This document shows positions 47,995 through 57,647 of a DNA stretch of 64,000 bases, in pieces. The stretch's first letter is position 1; the number at the start of each line of letters is the position of its first letter. Origin of the DNA: an uncultured Halobacteriales archaeon (lineage in GTDB: Archaea; Thermoplasmatota; E2; JACPAO01; JAHWKR01); the NCBI GenBank assembly GCA_964452895.1, contig CAYVRY010000001.1, positions 525-64,524 on the forward strand. The letters run 5' to 3'. The translations under genes were made by a program, and so were the position numbers. Under the pieces are notes generated by a model that saw only the letters and a list, made by a program, of their open reading frames with translations, ran no database searches and was not told the origin of the DNA.

Positions 47995-49080
47995 ATGACC
48001 GGGGTACTGGATGACGTCCTGCATTTGGCGGTCGTGGTGATCATCGCCGGGGCGACGGTTGCGTTCCTGCTCGTTTTCCTCCATGGTTGGCGTGAACAAA
48101 GAGACCGGGTACATTATGCGCGCGTGGAGGTGAAGCTGCGCGGCCCGTTCTTGTTGGCGATCCAGGGTGAGCGGCACGAGGCGGGGCTGGACTCACGGCT
48201 GAACAGGGTGCCGGTCCGGCATCGAACTCGCCTCTTGATGCAGGTGGCACGGCTTGTCCGGGGTGAAGAGCGTGCCCGGCTGACGCGTTTCGCGGCGCGC
48301 ACGGGGGTCTTGCAACAGGCGGCCCGGGCGACAAGGAGCAGCCTATGGTGGCGCCGGTTGCACGCGGTGCGGGTCTTCACGGCGACGGGGGGCGGCGAGA
48401 ATGAGGTGCCGGCCTTGTTGGCGGACCCGCATCCGCTGGTGCGCTCGGAGGCGGCCTCTTGGTGCGCCGGGCATCCGCGCCCGGAGAACATCCGGCGCTT
48501 GCTGAACCTGATGGACACGCCGTCCATGGCGGACCGGATCGCGGTGATCGACGCACTCGTGTCCATTGGGCCTCCGGCGCTCAGACCGTTGGCCGATCAT
48601 CTCCAGGCGTGCACCGAAGAGGGGCGCAAGGCGGGCCTGACGGCAGCGTTGGGGTTGGCGCACCCGCTCTTTTTGCCCCCTGCGCTGGCCGCGGTCCGGG
48701 ACCCGGCGTTCGGCGTACGCGTGCAGGCGGCGCGGTTGTTGTCCATTCTGGGCGGGGAACAAGCGGTGGAGGCGATCACTCGGCTCCTTGAGGACGACCG
48801 GCCGGTGGTCCGGGCGGCCGCGGCACGGGGCCTGGGGCGACTGGGGGCTTGCTCGGCGGCGGGCAGTCTTGAGTTGCTGTTGGCGGATCGGCATCCGGAC
48901 CCGCGTCGCGACGCGGCGCTCGCCCTGGCGGAGTTGGGCGCATCGGGCTGGGTGTTGCTGCGGGAGACCGCCCGCCTGGGGGGCCCGGCGGGGCGGTTGG
49001 CCAATGCGGCCCTGGAATCGCTGGGTACGCCGGTACGGGTGCTTGAGCCGGTGGAAGTAGAGGGGAGGGCGGCGTCTTGA
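47995..49080 (+). CDS. membrane-anchored HEAT/PBS-lyase-repeat protein
   Basis: ATG 2 nt after the previous stop. N-terminal TM helix (LHLAVVVIIAGATVAFLLVFL) followed by several HEAT-like repeats (DPHPLVRSEAASW, DPAFGVRVQAARLL, DDRPVVRAAAARGLGRLG, HPDPRRDAALALAELG). Confidence 0.6.
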   Translation: MTGVLDDVLHLAVVVIIAGATVAFLLVFLHGWREQRDRVHYARVEVKLRGPFLLAIQGERHEAGLDSRLNRVPVRHRTRLLMQVARLVRGEERARLTRFAARTGVLQQAARATRSSLWWRRLHAVRVFTATGGGENEVPALLADPHPLVRSEAASWCAGHPRPENIRRLLNLMDTPSMADRIAVIDALVSIGPPALRPLADHLQACTEEGRKAGLTAALGLAHPLFLPPALAAVRDPAFGVRVQAARLLSILGGEQAVEAITRLLEDDRPVVRAAAARGLGRLGACSAAGSLELLLADRHPDPRRDAALALAELGASGWVLLRETARLGGPAGRLANAALESLGTPVRVLEPVEVEGRAAS

Positions 49081-50507
49081 TCGAGCATTTTCTCACGCAG
49101 TTCCTCGTGGCATTGCAGATCTTTGCGATCTCGTTCTTTTTCGTGGCGAACACGTTCTACGGACTGCAGGTGTTCATGGCGTTCACGACCGTCCAAGACC
49201 ATGTGCGCGCGCATCGGGACCAGGACACCGAGCGTATGGCCCGCTCTCACGCGTTGCCGCGGATCAGCCTGATCGCCCCGGCGTACAATGAAGAGTCCAC
49301 GGTGGCCGAGAGCCTGCGTTCCCTTCTTGCTTTGCATTATCCGGGTCTTCAAGTGGTCCTGGTCAGCGACGGTTCCACGGACCGCACGCTGGACGTGTTG
49401 AAGTCGGTCTACAGATTGACGCCGAGCCGACGGCTTTACGACGAGGGGATCCCGACGCGCGGGGTGCGCGGCATCTATCGCAGCGAAGTCTATCCGGATC
49501 TCTTGGTGGTGGACAAGGAGAACGGGGGGAAGGCGGATGCGTTGAACGTGGGGTTGAACCTGGCGGACGGGGAGTTGGTGTGCGCCATCGACGCGGACAC
49601 CTTGATCGAGTCGGACGCCTTGCTGCGTCTCGTGCGGCCGTTCGTGGAGGACGCCGACGTGGTCGCGGCGGGGGGGAACATCCGGGTGGCCAACGGCTGC
49701 CGGATGGGTCGGGGCCGCGTGGAGGAACCCCGGGTCCCGCGCCGGCCCTTGCCGGGGTTCCAGATGGTGGAATACACGCGGGCGTTCCTGGTGGGCCGCA
49801 TGGGTCTCAACCGGTTGGGCGGCAACCTGGTGATCTCAGGGGCGTTCGGCCTGTTCCGGCGCGACGCGATGATCAAGACGGGCGGGTATTCCACGTCGAC
49901 GATCGGGGAGGACATGGAACTCGTGCTCCGCCTGCGCCGCCATGGCAAGGACCACGGGGGCCCCCACAAGGCGGACTTCATCCCGGACCCGGTGGCGTGG
50001 ACAGAGGTCCCGCAGACGTTGGGCAGTCTGGGCAGGCAGCGCGACCGGTGGCACCGGGGGCTGGCTCAGACCATGATGGCGCATCGGGGCGTGATGTTCC
50101 GCCCGCGGTACAAGGCGATGGGTTCTGTGGTCTATCCCTATTTCTTGTTCGTGGAGCTCTTGGCGCCGCTCGTGGAACTGCTCGGGCTGATCGGCCTTGC
50201 CGTGGGGGTCGGCCTCGGGGTCTTGGATGTCACCTTCGCCCTTTGGTTCCTGGTTTTTGCTTATGGTTACGGCCTGCTTCTTACAAGCATCGCGATGATG
50301 CTGGACGGGATCACTTTCCGGCTCTATCCGCGCCAACGGGACCGGCTTTGGTTCATGCTCTGGGTGGTCCTGGAGCCGTTCGGATACCGCCAGCTCACGG
50401 TGTTTTGGCGTCTGCGGGGTCTGATTCGTTTCGTGATGGGGCATCAGGAGTGGGGCGTCATGCAGCGTCAGGGGTTCCAGTCGGACGCGCCCGGTGCGCC
50501 GGTGTGA
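49077..50507 (+). CDS. processive family-2 glycosyltransferase (PgaC/BcsA/chitin-synthase-like polysaccharide synthase)
   Basis: N-terminal TM helix, ISLIAPAYNEE, DAD, and QRDRWHRG (the QxxRW motif), plus C-terminal TM helices. The TTG start overlaps the HEAT gene's stop by 4 nt. Confidence 0.8.
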   Translation: MIEHFLTQFLVALQIFAISFFFVANTFYGLQVFMAFTTVQDHVRAHRDQDTERMARSHALPRISLIAPAYNEESTVAESLRSLLALHYPGLQVVLVSDGSTDRTLDVLKSVYRLTPSRRLYDEGIPTRGVRGIYRSEVYPDLLVVDKENGGKADALNVGLNLADGELVCAIDADTLIESDALLRLVRPFVEDADVVAAGGNIRVANGCRMGRGRVEEPRVPRRPLPGFQMVEYTRAFLVGRMGLNRLGGNLVISGAFGLFRRDAMIKTGGYSTSTIGEDMELVLRLRRHGKDHGGPHKADFIPDPVAWTEVPQTLGSLGRQRDRWHRGLAQTMMAHRGVMFRPRYKAMGSVVYPYFLFVELLAPLVELLGLIGLAVGVGLGVLDVTFALWFLVFAYGYGLLLTSIAMMLDGITFRLYPRQRDRLWFMLWVVLEPFGYRQLTVFWRLRGLIRFVMGHQEWGVMQRQGFQSDAPGAPV

Positions 50508-50580
50508 TCCGACAACGCCCAGATCACCCGGAGTGACCCGCGCGAAAACGCTACAACCACCCGGCTGTTCGCCATGGTTG

Positions 50581-50796
50581 ATGTCCATGCGTACGCTGAT
50601 CGTCGTGACCCTCGTCCTGCTCGCCCTGCTGGCCTTCACGCCGCAACCCGCGGCCGCGCAGCACGTGCCCTGTTTCTCGGACTACGACCACGGGATCACG
50701 TTCCAGTGCGAGCCCGATGCATCGGATCCGCTTTGCATCGAGTGGTTCTTCGGGATCGGGGTCGCCAAGGTCTGCCCGCGCGACCTGCTTCCCTGA
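50581..50796 (+). CDS. small secreted 4-Cys protein (hypothetical)
   Basis: The ATG at 50581 opens MSMRTLIVVTLVLLALLAFTPQPAAA as a signal peptide, then about 45 aa with 4 Cys. Confidence 0.3.
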   Translation: MSMRTLIVVTLVLLALLAFTPQPAAAQHVPCFSDYDHGITFQCEPDASDPLCIEWFFGIGVAKVCPRDLLP

Positions 50797-50818
50797 GACG
50801 ACCCAAACCGGGTCCCGC

Positions 50819-51259
50819 TCAGCCCATCTCTTCGACCACGAACCACACGTCGCCCCGGCCTTGCCCGTTGGCGGCTCCGGGTCCTTGGTCCGCGGCGAAA
50901 TAGTAGAGCGGCCGGTCGTCATGCGCGACCTGCATGGTCCCGTTCCGGTCGATCAGCGACAGGCGCTCTTCGAGTCCGTCGGATGCGTCCGGGACCTCAT
51001 CGGCAAGAAGCGGGGGCCAGTTCTCGGCGCATTCGTCGAAGCAGGTGCTCTCGCCGGGTCCGTCGTTCGTGAAGATGTAGAGCGTCATCCCGTCACCATC
51101 GACGAGGATGCTGCCCAGTTCGGAGTGGTCGTCGAAGCGCAGTTCAGCCGCATCGCCGCCGTCCATGCATCCTGCCAGTGCCACGAACGCAAGCAGGAGG
51201 ACGATCAGGAGGGGAAAGTGGACCCAGGAGTTCGTGCTCAATCGCATGCCTGACGGCAT
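50819..51259 (-). CDS. COG4315-type (secreted repeat) lipoprotein
   Basis: Lipobox LAGC. Two copies of the repeat G(D)GMTLY(I/Y)F..D.GPG(E/A)S.C...C...WPP (GDGMTLYIFTNDGPGESTCFDECAENWPP; RPLYYFAADQGPGAANGQGRGDVWFVV). Confidence 0.6.
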   Translation of the reverse strand: MPSGMRLSTNSWVHFPLLIVLLLAFVALAGCMDGGDAAELRFDDHSELGSILVDGDGMTLYIFTNDGPGESTCFDECAENWPPLLADEVPDASDGLEERLSLIDRNGTMQVAHDDRPLYYFAADQGPGAANGQGRGDVWFVVEEMG

Positions 51260-51337
51260 CCCCGCATTCTTCTTGAACCCCTTCGCCGCAGGGATTACCT
51301 TGAGGAAACCCCGAATTGGTGCCTGGTTCGTGACCGA

Positions 51338-53668
51338 TCAGGATTTCGCGGCCCGGATCACGTTCAATGCGCTGCCGGCCTGGAACCAGCGCACCTGGTC
51401 TTCGTTCAGGCTGTGGTCCACGTTGAAGGTGTCGCGCGTGCCGTCCGGGTGTTCCAGGGTGACCTTGAGCGGTCTGCCGGGGGCGAGCCCGTCCAGGCCC
51501 TGGATGGAGACCGTGTCGCCTTCTTGCACTTTCTCGTAATCCGCGCCGTCTTCGAAGGTCAAGGGCAAGACGCCTTGTTTCTTCAGGTTCGTCTCGTGGA
51601 TCCGGGCGAAGCTGCGTGTGATCACGGCGGCGCAGCCCAAGTGGCGGGGTTCCATGGCGGCGTGTTCCCGGGACGACCCTTCGCCGTAGTTCTCGTCGCC
51701 CACCACGACCCAGCGCTGGCCTGCCATTTTCAGGTTGCGCGCGATCTGGCTCAATGCAACGTCTTCTCGGCCGCCTACGGGGTCGTTGCCGGTTCCTGCT
51801 TCACCGGTGAAGGCGTTGACGGCGCCGCTGAAGAGGTTGTCGCTGATGTTGTCCAGGTGACCACGGAAGCGCAGCCAGGCACCGGCCGGGGAGATGTGGT
51901 CTGTGGTGCATTTGCCCTGGGCTTTGAGAAGAAGCGGCAGCCGCTTCATGTCCTGGCCGTCCCACTGCGGGAAGGGTTCCAACAGGGCGATCCGGTCGCT
52001 TCGTGGGTCCACGTGGACGTCCACCTGTGCCCCGTCGTCGGCGGGGGGTTGGTAGCCTGCAGGGTCCTGCACGAAGCCGCCGGGCGGCACCTCGGGGGCG
52101 GGTTTGGGCGGCACGAGGCGCCAGGGTTTGCCGTCGGCGTCCTTGAGTTCGTCGCTGGTGGGGTCGAAATCGAGTCGGCCGGCGAGCCCGAGGGCCATGA
52201 CGATCTCGGGGCTGCCCATGAAGGCGAGCGTGTTCGGGTTGCCGTCGTTGCGTTTCGGGAAGTTGCGGTTGTAGGAGGTGACGATCACGTTGGTCGCGTC
52301 GTCCTTGAGTTCCGGGCGTCGCCATTGTCCGATGCAGGGCCCGCATGCGTTGGCGAGCACCTGCGCGCCGACGGCCTTCATTTTCTGCATCTGGCCGTCG
52401 CGTTCAATGGTTGCCCGCACCTGTTCGCTGCCTGGGGTCACGAGGAAGGAGGTGGCCACACCGATCCCGTGCGCCTGGGCTTGTTGCACGACGTCCGTGA
52501 CGCGGGCGATGTCTTCGTAGCTGGAGTTCGTGCAGGAGCCCACCAGTGCCGCACTGATCCGGGCCGGGTAGTCCTCCTCGCGCACCGCTTTCTTGATCTG
52601 GCTGATCTCGCGGGCCAGGTCCGGTGTGTGGGGGCCCACCAGGTGGGGTTCCAGTTCGTCCAGGTCGATCACGACGACGCGGTCGTAGTAGCGCTCCGGG
52701 TTTTCGGCGATCTGTTTGTCCGCGATGATGTGGTCTTGGTGGTCCTCGAGGATCGGCACGAGGGCGTTGCGGCCCGTTGATTCCAGGTAGGTGCGCATGC
52801 GGCGATCGTACGGGAATATGGAGGTGGTGGCGCCGAGCTCGGCGCCCATGTTCGTGATCGTGCCTTTGCCGGTGGCGCTGATGGACTCGGTGCCGGGTCC
52901 GAAGTATTCCACCACGTGGTTCGTGCCGCCCTTGACGGTGAGTTCGCCGCACAGTTTCAGGATCACGTCCTTGGGGGCGCTCCAGCCGTCGAGTTTTCCT
53001 TCCAGCCGGACGCCGGTGATCTTCGGGTGAAGCAGTTCCCAGGGCATCCCGGCCATGACGTCCACGGCGTCCGCACCGCCGACGCCGCTGGCCCACATGC
53101 CGAGCCCGCCGGCGTTCGGGGTGTGGCTGTCGGTCCCGATCATCATCTGCCCGGGAAAGGCGTATTGCTCGAAGACCACCTGGTGGATGATCCCGGCGCC
53201 GGGTTTCCAGAACCCCATGCCGTAGCGTTTCGCGGCCGTGGCGAGGAAATCGAAGACCTCCTTGTTCTCGCCCAGGGAGTTGCTCAGGTCGGGCTCGGCG
53301 CCTTCCTGCGCACGGATCAGGTGGTCACAGTGGACCGTGGTGGGGACCGCGGTGGTGTCCATCTTGGCGAGCATGAACTGCAGCACGGCCATCTGCGCGG
53401 TCGCGTCCTGCATGGCGACGCGGTCCGGGCGCAGCATGAGGTAGCTCTTGCCTCGTTCCAGGGCGGCCCCGGCGGGGTCGTCCAAGTGGCCGTAGAGGAT
53501 CTTCTCGCTCAGGGTGAGCGGATGACCCAGGCGTTCGCGCACGACCTGCAGACGCTGGGCGATCCGTTCGTGGACTTGACGGGTGAAATCGGGGGTGGAT
53601 TCGACTTGAGGCATGGGGCCCTCTCCGGGTCCAGGCGCCCATCCGGATGGGCGGTCGCTGGCAGTCAC
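51338..53668 (-). CDS. aconitate hydratase (aconitase/IRP family)
   Basis: Conserved blocks GIIHQVVFEQYAFPG, MIGTDSHTPNAGGLG and VGSCTNSSYEDI, with SR at the C-terminal substrate-binding site. 776 aa. Confidence 0.9.
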   Translation of the reverse strand: MTASDRPSGWAPGPGEGPMPQVESTPDFTRQVHERIAQRLQVVRERLGHPLTLSEKILYGHLDDPAGAALERGKSYLMLRPDRVAMQDATAQMAVLQFMLAKMDTTAVPTTVHCDHLIRAQEGAEPDLSNSLGENKEVFDFLATAAKRYGMGFWKPGAGIIHQVVFEQYAFPGQMMIGTDSHTPNAGGLGMWASGVGGADAVDVMAGMPWELLHPKITGVRLEGKLDGWSAPKDVILKLCGELTVKGGTNHVVEYFGPGTESISATGKGTITNMGAELGATTSIFPYDRRMRTYLESTGRNALVPILEDHQDHIIADKQIAENPERYYDRVVVIDLDELEPHLVGPHTPDLAREISQIKKAVREEDYPARISAALVGSCTNSSYEDIARVTDVVQQAQAHGIGVATSFLVTPGSEQVRATIERDGQMQKMKAVGAQVLANACGPCIGQWRRPELKDDATNVIVTSYNRNFPKRNDGNPNTLAFMGSPEIVMALGLAGRLDFDPTSDELKDADGKPWRLVPPKPAPEVPPGGFVQDPAGYQPPADDGAQVDVHVDPRSDRIALLEPFPQWDGQDMKRLPLLLKAQGKCTTDHISPAGAWLRFRGHLDNISDNLFSGAVNAFTGEAGTGNDPVGGREDVALSQIARNLKMAGQRWVVVGDENYGEGSSREHAAMEPRHLGCAAVITRSFARIHETNLKKQGVLPLTFEDGADYEKVQEGDTVSIQGLDGLAPGRPLKVTLEHPDGTRDTFNVDHSLNEDQVRWFQAGSALNVIRAAKS

Positions 53669-53741
53669 TTGACGGCGCGTTCTCCTTAAGGCTTACTGTC
53701 TTTGCGGCAGCGGTTGCGCGCGGGGCACTTGGGGAAAACCG

Positions 53742-54779
53742 TCAACCGGTCTGGATGATCCCTTCGTATTCCATGTTCACCCCAAGATGGTGCGACACGC
53801 GCAGGGTGAGCGTCTCTCCCTGGTAGGGACTCAGGCTGTCGCCCACGAGCCACAATTGTTCGAAGGGGTACGGGGTGACGCCCCAGGTGATGGTTTCGCC
53901 TTTCGGGTCCATGAGCGTCATGTCCATGTCCACGGTGTGCCCGTTTGTGTCCATGATCCCGCCGTCCCCCCGGGGTTGCACGAAGGCGAGAAGCACCTGG
54001 TCGTTCTCTCCCACCTCGATCTCGTGATCGGCATGGGTCATGCCCGAATCGGGGACCCCGGTAAGGAACCGATCCGAAAGCAGGAGTTCCCCGGAGATCG
54101 TCTGGTTCTCGAGGACCAGCTGCCCCTGGATGTCCAGGTCTGCGGGTCGGAACTCCTTGGTCTCCAGTTGGACTTCGGATGCGTGTTCTCCCCCCGTGAG
54201 GATGCGCACGTTGTGCTCTTCCTGTTGGGTCATGGTCACGGTGACGAACAAGGTGATCCCGCCCAGGCCCAGGATGGCCGGCTGCGATTCGGGTCCCTCC
54301 AGTTCGAAGGATACGGGTGTGACCTCGTCCGGCATCAGGGGGCCGTCCAGCTTCGTCGAGGCGACAAGGGGGGCGTGCAGGCTGCTGCCCAGCCAGACCG
54401 CCACGTCGGGGAGCACGCCTTCGGCCGGGAAGACGGGGGCGTCCGTGGTGAGGTAGAGGGTGATCGTGGCGTTGTCCGCGGAGATCCAGTCCCAGGGACT
54501 CAGTTCGGGGTCGAACCCTTCCAGGTTGAACTGCGGGTGGGCGCCGCTGCGGGTGGCCCACTTCGTGATGAAGTCGCCGGCCTCGATGCTTCCTTCCCCT
54601 TGCGGCGCCTGTTCGACCAGCGTCGAGTCGGGGCTCAGGTAGAGCGTACGCGGGGCGAACGACGACGCGGGGGGTTGCGTGGGATCGTTTTCGCCGCCAT
54701 CGTTGTTGGAGGTCGAGAAGCAACCGGCGAGGCTGACCAGGATCAAGAGCGAGACCAACAGGCCGGCCGTAACACGCAT
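53742..54779 (-). CDS. hypothetical lipoprotein (LAGC lipobox)
   Basis: MRVTAGLLVSLLILVSLAGCFSTSNNDGGEND... with unbiased composition. The overlapping ORFs in other frames are Arg/Gly-rich. Confidence 0.5.
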   Translation of the reverse strand: MRVTAGLLVSLLILVSLAGCFSTSNNDGGENDPTQPPASSFAPRTLYLSPDSTLVEQAPQGEGSIEAGDFITKWATRSGAHPQFNLEGFDPELSPWDWISADNATITLYLTTDAPVFPAEGVLPDVAVWLGSSLHAPLVASTKLDGPLMPDEVTPVSFELEGPESQPAILGLGGITLFVTVTMTQQEEHNVRILTGGEHASEVQLETKEFRPADLDIQGQLVLENQTISGELLLSDRFLTGVPDSGMTHADHEIEVGENDQVLLAFVQPRGDGGIMDTNGHTVDMDMTLMDPKGETITWGVTPYPFEQLWLVGDSLSPYQGETLTLRVSHHLGVNMEYEGIIQTG

Positions 54780-54832
54780 AAGGACCGGTTCGGGCCGCTA
54801 TGTGAAAACGGTTTCGGCCAGCACAGTGGGCC

Positions 54833-55318
54833 TCAAAGCCCTTTTCCGCACGCAGAGCAGAATTTTGCGGTCTCTTGCTCCAGACTGCCGCAACCGCGGC
54901 ATCGCACCCGGATCGTCTCTGTTGCGGTTGCCGGGTCATTGGCGCTCTTCCAACCCCGGCCCAGGGCGCCACCCACCGTCTCCACGGCCCCCTCCGTCTC
55001 CGTGGCGACGATCTGCGAGTAGGGCCGAAGGAAGCCCAGTTGCAAGAGGGCGATGCCGAAGAACAACGCGACGGTTCCGATGCCGAAGTACGCGAGCATG
55101 GTGCCTGCTTGCTGTCTGGCGCGATCCATGAAGTCTTCGTCGCCCGGCGAGGGTCCGCCCTGAAGGATCTGGGAGAACGCCATGACGACGAAGAGGACGC
55201 CGACCATTGTGAGCACGATCCCGGCGACCCGGATGCCCCATCGTTGCCCGGGGGTCAGACGCAAGGCCCGCTGCCTCATCCGTTCTCCCATGGGACAAGC
55301 GAGCGGTGGGTGTTTCAA
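54833..55318 (-). CDS. hypothetical membrane protein with C-terminal CxxC...CxxC zinc ribbon
   Basis: Two TM helices followed by RVRCRGCGSLEQETAKFCSACGKGL. Start uncertain. Confidence 0.4.
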   Translation of the reverse strand: MKHPPLACPMGERMRQRALRLTPGQRWGIRVAGIVLTMVGVLFVVMAFSQILQGGPSPGDEDFMDRARQQAGTMLAYFGIGTVALFFGIALLQLGFLRPYSQIVATETEGAVETVGGALGRGWKSANDPATATETIRVRCRGCGSLEQETAKFCSACGKGL

Positions 55319-55343
55319 ATAGGTGGCGATGGGTTTTACGCCG

Positions 55344-55796
55344 CTACGAAGGATTTTCCGCCCGAGGAAGCAATTTTGCGTGTTCTCCCCGCTGGGATTT
55401 CAGTCTTGAAAGAACATCCTCCAGGGTCTCGATCACCCGCTCGCGTTCGTCCGTCTGGTCGGGGTATTGGCTGGACCATCGGCGCCAGTGCGGCCGTTTG
55501 TGCGCGATCTTGAATTTGAGTCCCTGCATGAGGGTGTCGTAGGCGTCCGCGTCCACTTTGCGAACATGCTGGTGTGCGAGGATGAACCAATGATAACCGG
55601 TGCCAGAAGGGGCCCCGCTCCCGGGCGGGGCTGCCCGGGTGCGCTTCTTGCGCGCGCTGTATTCGAAGGTCCATTCGTCGGGGGCTGCCTTGGTCTCGTG
55701 CCATCGGCCGTCCGGGTAATGCCATGTGTGGGAGCCGCCCACGCGCATCCCGGAGTAGGGTCGGCCTTGATGGGTCTTCACGTCGTCGAAGCTCAT
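55344..55796 (-). CDS. hypothetical protein
   Basis: ATG at 55796 (MSFDDVKTHQ...GYHWFILAHQHVRKVD...). Unbiased composition; the upstream part of the track ORF is Pro/Arg-rich. No family recognised. Confidence 0.35.
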   Translation of the reverse strand: MSFDDVKTHQGRPYSGMRVGGSHTWHYPDGRWHETKAAPDEWTFEYSARKKRTRAAPPGSGAPSGTGYHWFILAHQHVRKVDADAYDTLMQGLKFKIAHKRPHWRRWSSQYPDQTDERERVIETLEDVLSRLKSQRGEHAKLLPRAENPS

Positions 55797-55906
55797 GCCG
55801 CTTGAATGGGCGGGGTTGGGTTGTTCTGGGTTTCCGTGGGGGGTGACCGAAAGTATTCCCCAAAAGGCTATCCGGAGACGGGGGATGCCGGCGTGATTTC
55901 GACCGG

Positions 55907-56611
55907 GTGGATGTCTTGACGGGAAAAGGTGACCAACAACGCGGCGAGCCGGAGGGGCAGGCGACATGGCCGCTGGCCGCCCTTGACCGGCCGACGAAGA
56001 TCGTCTGCATCGGCAAGAACTGGGCCGAGCATGCCAAGGAGTTGGGCTCCTCGGTTCCCAAGGAACCGATTTTGTTCTTGAAGCCGCCGAGCGCGTTGAT
56101 CGGCAGCGGTGAGCCGATCCGTTTGCCGGCGGGCGTGGGGCGTGTGGATCATGAGGTGGAGCTGGGGGTCGTGGTGGGCAGGCGGATGACCCGTGTGACG
56201 GAGGATGATGCATTGGACCATGTGCGGGGTTGGTGTCTGGCGTTGGACGTCACGGCGCGCGACATGCAGGCGGTGGCGAAGCAGAAGGGGCGGCCGTGGG
56301 CCGTGGCGAAGGGCTACGACACGTTTTGTCCGGTGTCCGCCTTGCTTGGAAAAGACCGGGTGGATCCTTCCAACGCCGAGTTGCTGTTGAAGGTGAACGG
56401 CGAGGTCCGCCAGCAGGGCACGACGCAGGACATGGTGTGGAGCGTCGCGCAACTGCTGGCGCACGTCAGCTCGATCATGACACTGGAGCCGGGGGACCTG
56501 GTCTTGACGGGGACGCCGTCCGGTGTGGGGCCGCTGCAGGCGGGGGACCGGGTGGAGGCGTCATTGGATCACGTGGATTTGCTGCATCATGAAGTGGTCC
56601 AGTCCACTTGA
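55907..56611 (+). CDS. fumarylacetoacetate hydrolase (FAH) family protein (HpcE / 2-keto-4-pentenoate hydratase-like)
   Basis: KIVCIGKNWAEHAKELG...PILFLKPPSALIGSGEPIRLP...DHEVELGVVVG...GYDTFCP are typical FAH-family blocks. Confidence 0.8.
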   Translation: MDVLTGKGDQQRGEPEGQATWPLAALDRPTKIVCIGKNWAEHAKELGSSVPKEPILFLKPPSALIGSGEPIRLPAGVGRVDHEVELGVVVGRRMTRVTEDDALDHVRGWCLALDVTARDMQAVAKQKGRPWAVAKGYDTFCPVSALLGKDRVDPSNAELLLKVNGEVRQQGTTQDMVWSVAQLLAHVSSIMTLEPGDLVLTGTPSGVGPLQAGDRVEASLDHVDLLHHEVVQST

Positions 56612-56660
56612 ACCTCGTCATGGTCACCCCCGTCAAGACGTTTGGTCTGACCTCAGACGT

Positions 56661-57107
56661 CTACTGCGTGACGCTTTTTTGTGGCACACCGGCGCTGGTG
56701 CGCCGTTCGATGCCCCAGACGACGAGTCCGGCCACGACGCCGTACATGAGGTGGCCGAGCAGGCTGAACCATGCGGCGGAGGCGCCCAGCGGGAAGACGG
56801 ACATTCCGAGCATCAGCGGCATGATGATCAGGCCACCACCGATCCAGGCGGCCACGCCCCACATCATGCCGGCGACGATCCGGTTCCAGTCGACGGCGTG
56901 CAGGATGCCGCCGAAGGCGACGCCGAAGATCAAGGAGATCACGAGATGGACGGCCCATCCGACGCCGACGCTTTCGCTGCCGACGAGATTGGCGACCATC
57001 GCCATCATACCCATCATCGCCATGACCATGCCGAAGACGATGCCGCCGGCCAGACTCCCGATGATCCCGTTCCTGATATTTGTGGTGACTGCGTTGTCTG
57101 TCATCAA
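56661..57107 (-). CDS. hypothetical small polytopic membrane protein
   Basis: 148 aa, 4 TM helices, Gly/Met-rich. A TATA-like box (GATAATAG at about 57129-57136) lies about 26 nt upstream. Confidence 0.5.
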   Translation of the reverse strand: MMTDNAVTTNIRNGIIGSLAGGIVFGMVMAMMGMMAMVANLVGSESVGVGWAVHLVISLIFGVAFGGILHAVDWNRIVAGMMWGVAAWIGGGLIIMPLMLGMSVFPLGASAAWFSLLGHLMYGVVAGLVVWGIERRTSAGVPQKSVTQ

Positions 57108-57266
57108 ATGGCGAGTGGACGAGAGGGGATAATAGGGCTATCTTCCAATGGTCCAAGGGGTTCTTCAATCATCAGATTCCCCGGGGAGGGTGCTCGCTTC
57201 CCGAGACCGGGGGATGGCGTCCAACGCAGGCGATACTGGAACCTCCGAGAGGGCACCGCCACGGTC

Positions 57267-57647
57267 TCAATACGTCCTCGTGGGTACGCCCAGGTCCTCG
57301 TAGTGACGTACGTTCCGAGTCAGTACGCTCATCCCGAGCATCCGTGCGGTGGCTGCGATCTGGACCTCGGACCAGCCGGGGAACCGCCCCTTTCCGATGG
57401 CCTGTTGTGCGAGGCGTGAAGCTTCCAGCGCGATCTCTTCATCGCAGATGACCACCCAGAACGATCCCCGCAGTTTCCGCATCCCCGCCGCCGGGTCCTT
57501 GCGACCTGTGCAATATTCTATGGCCGCCTGGATCGGGACCACGAGCGCCTCTTCTTCTTGGACTGAAACTTCGATCTGTTTACGCAGGGAGGGGTCGTTT
57601 CGGTCCGCGTCGATGAGAACCGTTGCGTCCAAGGCGGGCAACTTCAC
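57267..57647 (-). CDS. vapC: PIN-domain toxin VapC
   Basis: LDATVLID (first acidic residue), conserved internal Asp/Glu residues and C-terminal TRNVRHYE. Its start overlaps the upstream antitoxin's stop. Confidence 0.75.
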   Translation of the reverse strand: MKLPALDATVLIDADRNDPSLRKQIEVSVQEEEALVVPIQAAIEYCTGRKDPAAGMRKLRGSFWVVICDEEIALEASRLAQQAIGKGRFPGWSEVQIAATARMLGMSVLTRNVRHYEDLGVPTRTY

